From: an uncultured Planctomycetia bacterium
GTDB taxonomy: Bacteria; Omnitrophota; Gorgyraeia; 1-14-0-20-64-10
DNA: 64,000 nucleotides
Direction of reading: 5' to 3'
Assembly: GCA_964372395.1 (NCBI GenBank)
Contig: CAYJQV010000004.1
Coordinates: forward strand, 2,984-66,983
Part shown: positions 24,008 to 33,413 of the stretch, piece by piece
Position numbering within the stretch: the first letter of the stretch is position 1
How the letters are laid out: every line of letters begins with the position of its first letter
Notes under the pieces: model-generated
What the model saw: only the letters and a program-made list of their open reading frames with translations
Told to the model about the DNA's origin: nothing
Database searches by the model: none
Made by a program: the position numbers and the translations under genes

Positions 24008-24898
24008 TTAAGTTAAACCGAGGCCGGTGAGGATCGCCTCGGTGGAGCGGAAGCGATTCAAGGCGTAGAAGTGGAGTCCCGGCACGCCGGATTTAAGCAG
24101 TTCCTCGCACATCCTCGTTGAGAGCTCGATCCCGTACTGAGTCGCCCCCTCGTCGTCCTTTTCGTACTTGGCCAGATCCTGCTCAATCTTGGGCGGGATC
24201 TTGGCTCCGCAGAGGGCGGCGAAGCGCCTGAGCTGCGCCACCGACAGGATCGGCAGGATCCCTGGGATGACAGGCACGGTGACACCGGCTCTGCGGACCT
24301 CTTCCATGAATTCAAAGAAGCAGGTGTTGTCGAGGAAAAGCTGCGTGATCACCACGCAGCCCCCTGCCTGAATCTTCCTTTTCAAGAAGGCGATGTCCGA
24401 GGCCCGGTCCTTCGCCTCCGGGTGAACCTCGGGGAAGCCGGTCACCGCGATGGCAAACCATGGCTCGCCGGTCTTCTCCGACCGGATCCGGCGGGCCTCC
24501 TCAATCAGCTCGACCGAGGAGGTGAAGCCATCCGGATGGGGCTTGAAGTCCGGCTGATCGCGCGGAGGGTCTCCCCGAAGCGCCAGGAGATTGTACACGC
24601 CGGCCGCCTGGATCCGCCCGAGGTTCTCGCGCGTGTCGGCCTTGGACTGGCCGATGATGTTGAGATGGCAGGTCGTTTCGACCTGCGCCTGGTTCTTCAT
24701 CCGGCCGCACAGCTCGATGGTGAGATCCCGGGTGGAGCCGCCGGCCCCGTAGGTCATGGAGAAGAAGGCCGGGTGGAAACGTTTCAGCCGGGGGATCGTC
24801 TCGCCGAAGAGCTTCTCGATCCCCTCCGGGGTCTTGGGCGGGAAGAACTCGATGGAGATGTCCGGCTTTCCCGAACGGTAGAGCTCGTGGAATCTCAC
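24008..24898 (-). CDS. metF: 5,10-methylenetetrahydrofolate reductase
   Basis: ISIEFFPPKT...MTYGAGGSTR... are MetF signatures. Confidence 0.9.
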   Translation of the reverse strand: MRFHELYRSGKPDISIEFFPPKTPEGIEKLFGETIPRLKRFHPAFFSMTYGAGGSTRDLTIELCGRMKNQAQVETTCHLNIIGQSKADTRENLGRIQAAGVYNLLALRGDPPRDQPDFKPHPDGFTSSVELIEEARRIRSEKTGEPWFAIAVTGFPEVHPEAKDRASDIAFLKRKIQAGGCVVITQLFLDNTCFFEFMEEVRRAGVTVPVIPGILPILSVAQLRRFAALCGAKIPPKIEQDLAKYEKDDEGATQYGIELSTRMCEELLKSGVPGLHFYALNRFRSTEAILTGLGLT

Positions 24899-25521
24899 GA
24901 GCGGCGGTCAGCCGCGGGGGCGTTGCGGCCTTTGCGGCGGGCGGCGCGGACGATGGCGAAGGCGAGCCCGGCAAAGAGGACGTAGGGAGTGGCCATGAGG
25001 AAATAGATGGAGCGAGCGTATGCCACGGTCAGCCGCCGGGCCAGCTCCGGATCGCCGGCGGAGGAGATGGCGTCCTTGCAGGCGGGACAGGCGGAGGCCC
25101 AGTCGATCTGGTAGAGCATCAGGTAAACGACCACACCGGTCACCGAGACGTACAGCCAAAGGGGCAATGTCCAGCGGGCGATGCGTTCGTGTTCCACGAG
25201 GCGATTCCGGAGCGCCAGGAAGAGGGTCCGGAGGGCGAGCGGCACAATCGCCACGGCGAGCACGGTGTGGGAGATGAGGATGACAAAGTAGAGTGGACGC
25301 ACCCATCCAGTTCCCTGGAACCGGGTCGATCCGTGCAGGTAATGGTAGGTGAGGTACGAGAGGAGGAAGAGGATTGAGACGGCGAAGGCGGCTCCCATGC
25401 AGGCGGCGTGCGAGGCGGTGTTTCGCCGGCGGATGAAGAGGTATCCGGCCAGGAGCAGGACCGCGGAGGTGGCGTTGAGCACCGCGTTGACGCCGGGGAG
25501 CATGCTAGAGGGCACGGGCAT
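24895..25521 (-). CDS. DUF420 membrane protein with C-terminal CxxC/TM extension (oxidase-associated)
   Basis: Four TM helices typical of DUF420, then ...ACPACKD... and a further TM helix. Sits in the cytochrome oxidase operon. Confidence 0.55.
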   Translation of the reverse strand: MPVPSSMLPGVNAVLNATSAVLLLAGYLFIRRRNTASHAACMGAAFAVSILFLLSYLTYHYLHGSTRFQGTGWVRPLYFVILISHTVLAVAIVPLALRTLFLALRNRLVEHERIARWTLPLWLYVSVTGVVVYLMLYQIDWASACPACKDAISSAGDPELARRLTVAYARSIYFLMATPYVLFAGLAFAIVRAARRKGRNAPAADRRS

Positions 25522-26116
25522 TTCGGATCAGTTTCTTGAAGGCCTTCGGTTCGGTGGAATCGTACCAGCCGCGGATCGTTCCCTCGCGGTCCATGAGGAC
25601 GAAGCGGACGCTGTGGGTGATCGGCTCCTCGGCGGTGCCTTCGTTGGAGAGACTCAGCCCGAAATCGCCCACGACGAGGCGAGGGATCTGCCGGGGCTCT
25701 CCGGTCAGGAAATGCCAGCGGGAGTGGTCGGCCCCATAGCGCTTCGCGTAGTCGGCCAGGACCGGCGGCGTGTCCCGCTGCGGGTCCACGCTGACAGAGA
25801 CCAGATGGATCTCGGGAGGAAGCTCCTTCTGCAGGATCGCCATCTTCCGGGTCATCTCCGGGCAGGTGCCGGGGCAGGAGGTGAAGATGAAGTCTGCGAT
25901 CCAGACCCTGCCCTTGAGAGTTGAGCTGTCGAACCGCTGCGCATTCTGATCCACGAGCTGAAAGGGAGGGGGCTGGCCATAACGGGGCAGCTCCATCCCG
26001 GGGCCGGAGGTGTGCGGCAACTTCGCCCATTGGCTCCAGGCGAAGGAGCCGAGCACGGCGATCAGGGCCGCCGCGAAGAGGCCCCAGAGCAGATGACTCG
26101 AGCGGGTTGTGCCCAT
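25505..26116 (-). CDS. SCO1/SenC copper chaperone (thioredoxin-like)
   Basis: N-terminal TM helix. The FIFTSCPGTCP CxxxC copper-binding motif, plus the conserved His further down. Confidence 0.85.
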   Translation of the reverse strand: MGTTRSSHLLWGLFAAALIAVLGSFAWSQWAKLPHTSGPGMELPRYGQPPPFQLVDQNAQRFDSSTLKGRVWIADFIFTSCPGTCPEMTRKMAILQKELPPEIHLVSVSVDPQRDTPPVLADYAKRYGADHSRWHFLTGEPRQIPRLVVGDFGLSLSNEGTAEEPITHSVRFVLMDREGTIRGWYDSTEPKAFKKLIRNARAL

Positions 26117-26131
26117 CCTTTCAAACTCCGG

Positions 26132-26410
26132 CTAGAGGGCGGCGGTCAGAACCAGGAGAACCGCAAGCCCGATGAGGAAGAAAGGAAAGACAGCGACCAC
26201 CCAGATGGGGACCAGCCGCTCGAATTTCAGGTGCATGTAGAAGAGACTCACCAGCGCCGCCTTGACGGCGGCAACGGCGAGGATGAGCAGGACCGCGCCG
26301 GTCTTGGAGACCGGCAGAACCGTCACGTAGGTTCCGGCGACCAGAAGCGCGATGAGCCAGACCCAGATCCAGAAGTATTTCGCGTAAGTCGGCTGCGCGT
26401 GCGTGGACAC
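26132..26410 (-). CDS. cytochrome c oxidase subunit IV (bacterial CoxD/CtaF family)
   Basis: 92 aa, three TM helices, YMHLKFE motif. Confidence 0.7.
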   Translation of the reverse strand: MSTHAQPTYAKYFWIWVWLIALLVAGTYVTVLPVSKTGAVLLILAVAAVKAALVSLFYMHLKFERLVPIWVVAVFPFFLIGLAVLLVLTAAL

Positions 26411-26425
26411 TCGGACAGCGCCCTC

Positions 26426-27013
26426 CTAGATGAGATACAGCAGTGGAAAGAGAAAGATCCAGACCAGATCCACGAAATGCCAGTACAGCCCGGAGATCTC
26501 GACGATGTGGCTGCGCGCCCTGAAGAAATCACTCCGGAAGGTCGACGCCAGGACCCAGAGATTGGCGATCACCCCGCCGAGCACATGAAGCCCATGGAAG
26601 CCGGTCAGGGTGAAGTAACAGTCCCAGAAGAGGCCTGTTCCGGGCAGATGGCCGTGGGCAAACTTCACCGAGTACTCGTACGCCTTGACCCCGAGGAAAG
26701 CGGCCCCCAGCAGGATCGTCAAGGCGAGGAAGAGCCGCAGCCGGGCCGCGTCCTGCTGATGAACCGCGGCGACACCCAGCGCCATCGTCATCGAGCTCGA
26801 GAGAAGGATGAAGGTGTTGAGGGCCGCCAGCGGGATCTGGAGCTCCTCGCCCGGCTGCGGCCAGTGGGGCAGCCCCGCGCGCAGCACGATGGAGGCCCCG
26901 ATGAGGCCGGTGAAGAACATGACCTCCGAGGCCAGGAAGAGCCACATCCCCAGCTTGGGCGAGGGGATCCCGGTGGAGGTCGCCTCCAATGCATGTGCCG
27001 CTGGCTGCGTCAT
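26426..27013 (-). CDS. ctaE: cytochrome c oxidase subunit III
   Basis: ...GMWLFLASEVMFF...HGLHVLGGV... His-rich TM helices. ATGA overlap with the upstream gene. Confidence 0.85.
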   Translation of the reverse strand: MTQPAAHALEATSTGIPSPKLGMWLFLASEVMFFTGLIGASIVLRAGLPHWPQPGEELQIPLAALNTFILLSSSMTMALGVAAVHQQDAARLRLFLALTILLGAAFLGVKAYEYSVKFAHGHLPGTGLFWDCYFTLTGFHGLHVLGGVIANLWVLASTFRSDFFRARSHIVEISGLYWHFVDLVWIFLFPLLYLI

Positions 27014-28792
27014 GAGATCACCCGATCCAGCGTCAGCGTGGTCAAAAGAACCGGCAGGTACACGACCGAGGCCAGGAAGAGCCGATGGGCGGTCTGTCCT
27101 GAGCGGGCCCGTGCCGTGGCAAGCCCCAGCCCCAGGAAGATGACCCCACCCGCCAGTGCCACCGAAAAGTAGAGCCATCCGGCGAAGCCCAGACCCACCG
27201 GGAGAAGACTGACCGGCAGAAGCGCGGCCAGGTACAGAACCACCTGCCGGAAGGTGAGGCCCCCTTCCGGATCGAGAACCGGCAGCATCCGGAAGCCGGC
27301 CTGCCGGTAGTCGGACCGGAACTGCCAGGCGAGCGCCAGGAAATGAGGGAGCTGCCAGAGGAAGAGGATGGAGAAGAGCCACCAGGCCGGCAGGCCCAGC
27401 ATCCCCCGCGCCGCTGCCCAGCCGATCATGGGTGGCAGGGCGCCCGGCACCGCCCCCAGCAGAGTGCAGAGCGCCGAGCGGCTCTTGAGCGGCGTGTAGA
27501 TGAAGAGGTAGGTGACCAGGGTCAGGGCAGCCAGCGCCGCGGCCAGCAAGTGAACCCCGAAGCTGAGCGTGGCCAGGCCGGCGATCGATAGGGTGACCCC
27601 CACAGCCAACCCTGCTTCCGGTGACACCCTGCCGGAGGGGATGGGGCGCGTGCGGGTGCGAGACATCCGGGAATCGGCCTGCCACTCCATCGCCTGATTG
27701 AGCGCGGCCGCTGCTGCGCCCACCAGCGTGGTTCCGATGAGTGTTGCGATGAACCGCCCCCAGGGGAACGGGCCCACTTGGCCCATGAGGAATCCGAGCA
27801 GAACCGTGAGGACCGACAGGATCGTCAACCGCGGCTTGGTGAGCTCCAGGAGGTCGGCAAGGCGCGCGCCACCGGACTGGCGGCGCGAGAGAGGCGCAGA
27901 GCCGGGCAGGGGGGCGAGAGCCGCGCGCAGGGAGTGGGTGGTGAGAACCGCTGAGGTGGCCAGGAGGAGAGCTCCCACGGCGACATGACCCGTGGCGGTG
28001 AACGGATTCGAGCCCTGGAGGAAGGTCAGGAGACCCAGGAGGATTTGCAGCGGAACGAGCAGAAGGAGAATCCGCGCCGGCCCGACGTATTCGGGCCGGT
28101 CGGAGTAGTCCCTGAGACAGACGAAGGCGGCGCGCAGGAGAACCGCCCCGGCCAGGATCGCTCCGGTTCCGTGCGCCGCCAAGAGCGGGGCGCTCCATCC
28201 GAGATGCCGCAGGGCCGCACCTAGCAGGAGCTGAAGGTAAACCAGCGCGGTCATCGAGAGGAACAACCCCCAAGGCACGCGTCGAGGGGTCAGACCCTCT
28301 GGGGTCAGACCCTGGAGGGTCTGACCCCAGAGGGTGTTCCAGCCGGGGCCGAGCACTGTGGCGAGGACTGCCAACAGCGCAAAGAAGGTCTGTCCCAGCG
28401 TTGCATGGGCGATGGAGATTGGCGCCGGCAGGAGGAGCAGCACCGTCAATCCCCCCAGGATCCCCTGCAGGACCACGGCGGCGAATGCCGCCAGCGCCAG
28501 CCGGCGAACCCAGCGGCGCTTCTCAGCGGCCAGGATGGCGAGGGTGAGCAGCAAGGTCAACAGCCCCACACCCGCGGCAACCAGGCGGTGGGTGTGCTCG
28601 TAACGGATGCCGCCCACCATCGGGGGGAACAGGGAGCCGTACGAAAGGGGCCAGTCCGGGACGGCGAGCCCGGAGCCGGTGGAGGTGACCAGCCCGCCTG
28701 CGATGATCAGAAGAAAGCCAGCCGCCGCGGTGAACCAGGCGAAAACCTGAAGGGGTCTGACCCCAAGAGGCTTTTCGGGGTCAGACCCCATG
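27010..28792 (-). CDS. fused haem A synthase (CtaA/COX15, N-terminal) / protohaem IX farnesyltransferase (CtaB/COX10, C-terminal); carries one internal and one N-terminal palindromic-repeat insertion
   Basis: N-terminus ...GGLVTSTGSGLAVPDWPLSYG... is CtaA. The C-terminal half has the UbiA-family motif NQAMEWQADSRMSRTRTRP, which is CtaB. The start is placed at the ATG inside the repeat (28790-28792), and the true start is uncertain. An in-frame LWGQTLQGLTPEGLTP insert is present. Confidence 0.75.
28286..28328. repeat. palindromic repeat element copy B (GGGGTCAGACCC x2 direct, then GGGTCTGACCCC)
   Basis: Inside the ctaA-ctaB CDS, in frame. Confidence 0.8.
28752..28789. repeat. palindromic repeat element copy C (GGGGTCTGACCCC-N12-GGGGTCAGACCCC) at the ctaD/ctaA junction
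   Basis: Contains the ctaD stop codon (TGA inside GGGGTCTGA on the minus strand) and a candidate ctaA start ATG. Confidence 0.75.
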
Positions 28793-30526
28793 GGGTTTCT
28801 CCGTCTGCAGCTGCCAGTCCCGTCTTGCCCCTGGCACGGAGTACTCGTATGGCCCGCAGTGGACGGTGGGTGTGGTGGCGAAGTTCCCGTGGGGCGGAGG
28901 AGAAGGGACGGTCCACTCCAGTGTCGTCGCCTCCCAGGGATTCTCATTCACCCTCTTGCCGCGGAAGAGAGATGAGAAGAAGTTATAGACGAAGAGAAGC
29001 TGCGACGCGAACAGGCAGAAGGCGGCCACACTCATCATCCGGTTCAACCCCACCAGATTCGCCAGGGCCGGATACTGCGTGTAGTCGTAGATCCGCCGCG
29101 GCATGCCGCCCAGGCCCAGGATGAACATCGGGAACATGACCGCATTGAAGAGCAGGAAGGAGAGCCAGAAATGGATCTTCCCCAGCCGCTCGTTCATTGC
29201 GCGGCCGAACATCTTGGGGAACCAGTAGATGATGCCGGCGAAGGCGCCGAAGAGGGAGCCGCCGAAGAGGACGTAGTGGATGTGCCCGACGACGAAGTAG
29301 GTGTCGTGCAGGTACATGTCCACCGGGGTGGAGCCGAGGAAGATGCCGGTGAGGCCCCCGATGATGAACATCGAGATGAAGCCCAGCGCGTGGAGCATCG
29401 GCGTGGTCAGCCGGATGGATCCGCGCCAGAGGGTGCCCAGCCAGCTGAACACCTTGACGCCGGTGGGGACCGCCACCGCCATGGTGGAGATCATGAAGGT
29501 GGTTCCCAGGACCGGATTCATCCCGGCGTGGAACATGTGGTGCGCCCAGACGAGGAAACCGACCGCCCCGATCCCCACGGAGGCGTAGGCGATCGCCCTG
29601 TAGCCGAAGAGCGGCTTCCGGGAGAAGTTGGGCAGGATGTCGGAGATAAAGCCCATCGCCGGCAGGATCATGATATAGACCGCCGGGTGGGAGTAGAACC
29701 AGAAGAGGTGCTGCCAGAGGACCGCCTGCCCGCCGGCGTAGGGAAGGGGATTGCCGTCAACGATCATCCCGGCCGGCAGGAAGAAGCTGGTCCCCAGCGT
29801 CCGATCCAGGAGCAGCAGGATGAGGGCTGAGGCGAGGACCGGCGTCGCCAGCAGGGTGAGCACCGCCGTCGTGAAGAGGGCCCAGATGGAGATCGGCAGA
29901 CGATGGAAGCTCATCCCCGGGGCGCGGTGATTGACGATGGTGGCGATGTAGTTCACCGACCCGAGGATGTTGGAGAACCCCAGCAGGATGAGCCCCGCCG
30001 TCCAGAAGGTCTGGCCCGCCCCCATCGTCTCCTTCGCCCCGGACAGCGGCGGGTAGGCGGTCCAGCCGGCGGCGGCGGCCCCCCCCTCCGCCCAGAACCC
30101 GAGCATGACGGTGATCGCCGCAGGCGGGAAGAGCCAGTAGGAGAGCATGTTGAGCCGCGGGAACGCCATGTCGGGCGCGCCCACTTTAAGCGGGATGAGG
30201 TAATTGCCGAAGGCGCCCGCCAGGAGCGGGATGATCCCGAAGAAGATCATCGCCGAGCCGTGCATGGTGAAGAGGACGTTGTAATACTCCGGCACCATGT
30301 AGCCGCCCGGCATCCCCTCCGGGGCGAACTTCTCCATGAAGGGCAGCGGTGTCCCCGGCCAGCCGAGCTGCCAGCGCATCAGCATGGCCAGCACGCCGCC
30401 GAAGAGCATGAAGAGCAGCGAGCTGAAGAGGAACTGGATGCCGATGATCTTATGGTCGGTCGAGAAGATGTACCTCCTCAGAAAGGGGACTGTCCCCCCC
30501 CGCCCCGGATGCGCTGCTTCACTCAT
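28781..30526 (-). CDS. ctaD: cytochrome c oxidase subunit I
   Basis: 581 aa with haem-copper oxidase His ligands throughout. The C-terminal ...KPHGV and the stop are encoded by the palindromic repeat. Confidence 0.9.
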   Translation of the reverse strand: MSEAAHPGRGGTVPFLRRYIFSTDHKIIGIQFLFSSLLFMLFGGVLAMLMRWQLGWPGTPLPFMEKFAPEGMPGGYMVPEYYNVLFTMHGSAMIFFGIIPLLAGAFGNYLIPLKVGAPDMAFPRLNMLSYWLFPPAAITVMLGFWAEGGAAAAGWTAYPPLSGAKETMGAGQTFWTAGLILLGFSNILGSVNYIATIVNHRAPGMSFHRLPISIWALFTTAVLTLLATPVLASALILLLLDRTLGTSFFLPAGMIVDGNPLPYAGGQAVLWQHLFWFYSHPAVYIMILPAMGFISDILPNFSRKPLFGYRAIAYASVGIGAVGFLVWAHHMFHAGMNPVLGTTFMISTMAVAVPTGVKVFSWLGTLWRGSIRLTTPMLHALGFISMFIIGGLTGIFLGSTPVDMYLHDTYFVVGHIHYVLFGGSLFGAFAGIIYWFPKMFGRAMNERLGKIHFWLSFLLFNAVMFPMFILGLGGMPRRIYDYTQYPALANLVGLNRMMSVAAFCLFASQLLFVYNFFSSLFRGKRVNENPWEATTLEWTVPSPPPHGNFATTPTVHCGPYEYSVPGARRDWQLQTEKPHGV

Positions 30527-31178
30527 TGGCCTTGGTCTCCTTCAGCCAGGTTTCAAACTCCGCCGGGGACTCAGCGGTCACGAATCCCCGCATGCGGTAG
30601 TGGCCCAAACCGCACAGCTCCGCGCAGCGGATCTCGAAGACCCCGGGCCGGGTCACCTCCAGCCACGCCTCCGTCGGCATCCCCGGCACGGTGTCCTGCT
30701 TCAGGCGGAACTCCGCCACGAAGAAGCTGTGGATCACATCCTTGGATCGAAGCTTGAGGAGCACCGGCTGTCCGACGGGCAGGTGCAGCTCGTTGAGGCT
30801 CGCCACGTCGTCCTCCGTCTCGAGCTGGCCGTCGGCTCCGGGGTAGCGGATGTTCCAGGCGAACTGCTCGGCCAGGATCTCGACCTGGAGCGCGTCGGGG
30901 GGCCGGTAGCCGGGGTAGCGGATCTCCGCCCAGACCCGCTGGCTGGCGAGGGTCAGCCCCGCCAGGATGAGCGCCGGGATCACCGTCCAGATGACCTCCA
31001 GGCCGGTGTGGCCGTGGACGTAAGAGGCCTTCCGATCGGCGCGCGAGCGGTACCTTAGCACGAACAGCAGAAGCCCGCCCTGGACCAGGAAGAAGAAAAA
31101 GCCGGTGATCCAGAGGATCGCCCAGAAGAGCTGATCAACCTTCGGGCCGTACGTGGAGGCCGACTCAGGAAACCACAT
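30519..31178 (-). CDS. ctaC: cytochrome c oxidase subunit II (CuA; no fused cytochrome c domain)
   Basis: Two N-terminal TM helices. HSFFVAEF...CAELCGLGHYRM is the CuA site. Confidence 0.85.
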   Translation of the reverse strand: MWFPESASTYGPKVDQLFWAILWITGFFFFLVQGGLLLFVLRYRSRADRKASYVHGHTGLEVIWTVIPALILAGLTLASQRVWAEIRYPGYRPPDALQVEILAEQFAWNIRYPGADGQLETEDDVASLNELHLPVGQPVLLKLRSKDVIHSFFVAEFRLKQDTVPGMPTEAWLEVTRPGVFEIRCAELCGLGHYRMRGFVTAESPAEFETWLKETKANE

Positions 31179-31181
31179 GCG

Positions 31182-32021
31182 TTACTTGGGGGCGAAGCCG
31201 AAGCTCACCTGCTTGCTTTCCCCCTCCTCCAGCGTGATCTTTTGAACCTGCGTCCCCAGCTTCTCGTGCCAGGCCTCCACCGTGTAGGAGCCGGCCGGCA
31301 GGCCCCGGATTGAAAAGGTTCCATCCTCCTTGCTCACGGCGAAGAAGGGATGGCTGAAGACGCCCGCGTGGGCCGACATCCAGGGGTGGACATTGCACTT
31401 GAAGGGGACCCCCACCTCCTCCTTGTCGAACGTCTTGGTGGTCTTCATCCCCTTCTGCGGCTGGGCGAGGTTGAACTTCTTGTTCAGCTTCGCCTGGCAG
31501 TTGATGTTGTGGAGGGTGGGGTCGGAGTTTCGGATCTCCAGCGGCTGGCCCGCCTGGATCCCGAAGACGTGAGGTTCGTAGAGGCAGCCAGCCTGGTCGA
31601 GGACGACCGGCGCGGTCGGGGCGGGGAAGCTTCCCTGCACCCCCTCCTTGACGTAGACGAGCACGTGCTGGAGGGCGCCGTTGTTGACCACCACCTCCTG
31701 CGAGAGGGCCTCCCCCGAATGCTGCTGAAGGCAGACCGGATCGGCGGACATCTTCAGCTTCTGGCGGGCGGGTGCTGAACCGCTGAAACTCACCTTGCCG
31801 GAGATGCTGCCGCTTCCCGCGGGAGCCGCTTCTGCTAAGTTTTTGTCCAGGAATGTCCCGCGATGCGGGGCTTCTTCCGGCGCCGGGGCCTGTGCTACCC
31901 GGCCGGCGGTGGTCCCTTCCGGCTTCTTCCCCGCCGCCAGCGCCGATAAACCGTCCAACCCCCACACCACAAGAAGAGAAGTAACGCATGCCGTTGCCGC
32001 TGCCTTGAAGAGGGGTCTCAT
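31182..32021 (-). CDS. secreted cupredoxin-like (type-1 copper) protein
   Basis: AAAGGAGGAGG RBS. Signal peptide MRPLFKAAATACVTSLLVVWG. Candidate T1Cu ligands ...EPHVFG... and ...FKCNVHPWMSAH... (C-x2-H-x2-M). Confidence 0.5.
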   Translation of the reverse strand: MRPLFKAAATACVTSLLVVWGLDGLSALAAGKKPEGTTAGRVAQAPAPEEAPHRGTFLDKNLAEAAPAGSGSISGKVSFSGSAPARQKLKMSADPVCLQQHSGEALSQEVVVNNGALQHVLVYVKEGVQGSFPAPTAPVVLDQAGCLYEPHVFGIQAGQPLEIRNSDPTLHNINCQAKLNKKFNLAQPQKGMKTTKTFDKEEVGVPFKCNVHPWMSAHAGVFSHPFFAVSKEDGTFSIRGLPAGSYTVEAWHEKLGTQVQKITLEEGESKQVSFGFAPK

Positions 32022-33340
32022 TCCTGTGCCTCCTCCTTTTCCTCCGACGTTAAGACCAGGTTGACCCAAAGAGAATTGGACCGATGCCTTCCCTGCTCGC
32101 CATTGCCGCCGTCCCAGAGCATGATCCCCAGCGGCACCCGTTTCCCAGCGGCCAGCTCAACCCCGCCGGCTCCTGCTTTCAGCGGGCGCCGGAGGAGGAG
32201 CGTCCACCGGCCATCGCTGTAAGAAGCCCCCCCGCGCGCTTCCTTTTCAGCGGACCACATGCGCAGATCCAGCGCCGGTGCATCGGGGCCGGCCGACCAG
32301 TTCCGGAGGGATCCGAAGGACTCCCTCTGCCTGGGATCCGGAAGGAAGGCCAGCGCCGCCGCGTCAGGCGGCGACTCCCGGCTTTCGGTCCGGTCGTGCC
32401 AGGCAAGGAGGAAGGCGATCTCCTCGTCATTGTACAACGCCTTGGCGGAGATTGCATTGACCCGCGAGGGAACGACGCGCCCTTCTCGATAGAGGTTTCC
32501 GGAGAGTCTTAAATCCGACCAGGGGATCGCCTCCCACTGGGGATCCTGCGGACCCTCGGGGAGTTTCCCTGCGGCGGGTGCCGCCTCCACCGTGCGGCTC
32601 CAGCGGGGTTTCACCTGCAGCGAATGGACGTAGTAGGCGAGATCCCACACCTCCGCCGCGGAGACCGCCTCCGCATAGGAGGGCATCGGGGTTCCGTCAA
32701 TGCCGGTCATCAGCCGCGTCAGGATCTCCTTGGGCTCGGAGCCGCTGCGGTAGTTCCATCCCTGCGTCAGATCCGCCGCCTGGATCGGCTCATTCCACTG
32801 GTCCACCAGGGTGGGGGCGGAAGGCCCGTCCCCGCGGCCGAGGTTCCCGTGGCAGGCGTTGCATCCGAGCTGCTTGTACAGCTCCTGGCCCCGCTGGAGG
32901 TTTGCCTTGGGCCGGCCCGGATCGGTGCCGAGCGGGATCGGTTCCGGCTTCTGGTCCGCGAAGGCGGGCGAGAGGCCCTTCACATACTCCACAAGCTGCC
33001 AGCGGGTTTCCTCGGGCAGCCGGGTGAAGTCCGGCATCCGGCTGCCGGGCAGGCCGCCACTAATCGTTTGGAAGAGGTCCTCGTCCGTGGGCGGGGTGCC
33101 GCTCGCGGTGGTTCGGAACTTGAAGACCCCCTCGGACAACGGGCGGGGTCGGGGGAACATGCGTGCCGCGTCCCGGCCGTCACCGGCCCCGGTCGGCCCG
33201 TGGCAGCGGGCGCAGTTGTCCTGATACGCCTGTTGGCCGGCCGCCGGGTCCGGAGCGGGCCGGGCCTGCTGACCAGCCGCCGGAGTGGGCCAGGAGAGGA
33301 GTACGGTCAGGATGAGGGATGCCGGTGGAATTGATCTCAT
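32018..33340 (-). CDS. dihaem c-type cytochrome (signal peptide; CARCH and CNACH motifs) with C-terminal domain of unknown function
   Basis: Two CxxCH haem-binding motifs. First gene of the oxidase operon. Confidence 0.7.
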   Translation of the reverse strand: MRSIPPASLILTVLLSWPTPAAGQQARPAPDPAAGQQAYQDNCARCHGPTGAGDGRDAARMFPRPRPLSEGVFKFRTTASGTPPTDEDLFQTISGGLPGSRMPDFTRLPEETRWQLVEYVKGLSPAFADQKPEPIPLGTDPGRPKANLQRGQELYKQLGCNACHGNLGRGDGPSAPTLVDQWNEPIQAADLTQGWNYRSGSEPKEILTRLMTGIDGTPMPSYAEAVSAAEVWDLAYYVHSLQVKPRWSRTVEAAPAAGKLPEGPQDPQWEAIPWSDLRLSGNLYREGRVVPSRVNAISAKALYNDEEIAFLLAWHDRTESRESPPDAAALAFLPDPRQRESFGSLRNWSAGPDAPALDLRMWSAEKEARGGASYSDGRWTLLLRRPLKAGAGGVELAAGKRVPLGIMLWDGGNGEQGRHRSNSLWVNLVLTSEEKEEAQE

Positions 33341-33413
33341 GGAGAAAGCCCCATTCTAGCCAATGCCAATCCGGCTTGCAACAGCTTCGGGCAGGCCTTC
33401 TTCGGGCCGGCCG

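Noticed and set aside
26426-28273. 615-aa minus-strand ORF
   Set aside because: Only the last 195 aa (CoxIII, 26426-27013) is real. The upstream portion is an out-of-frame overlap with the ctaA-ctaB gene.
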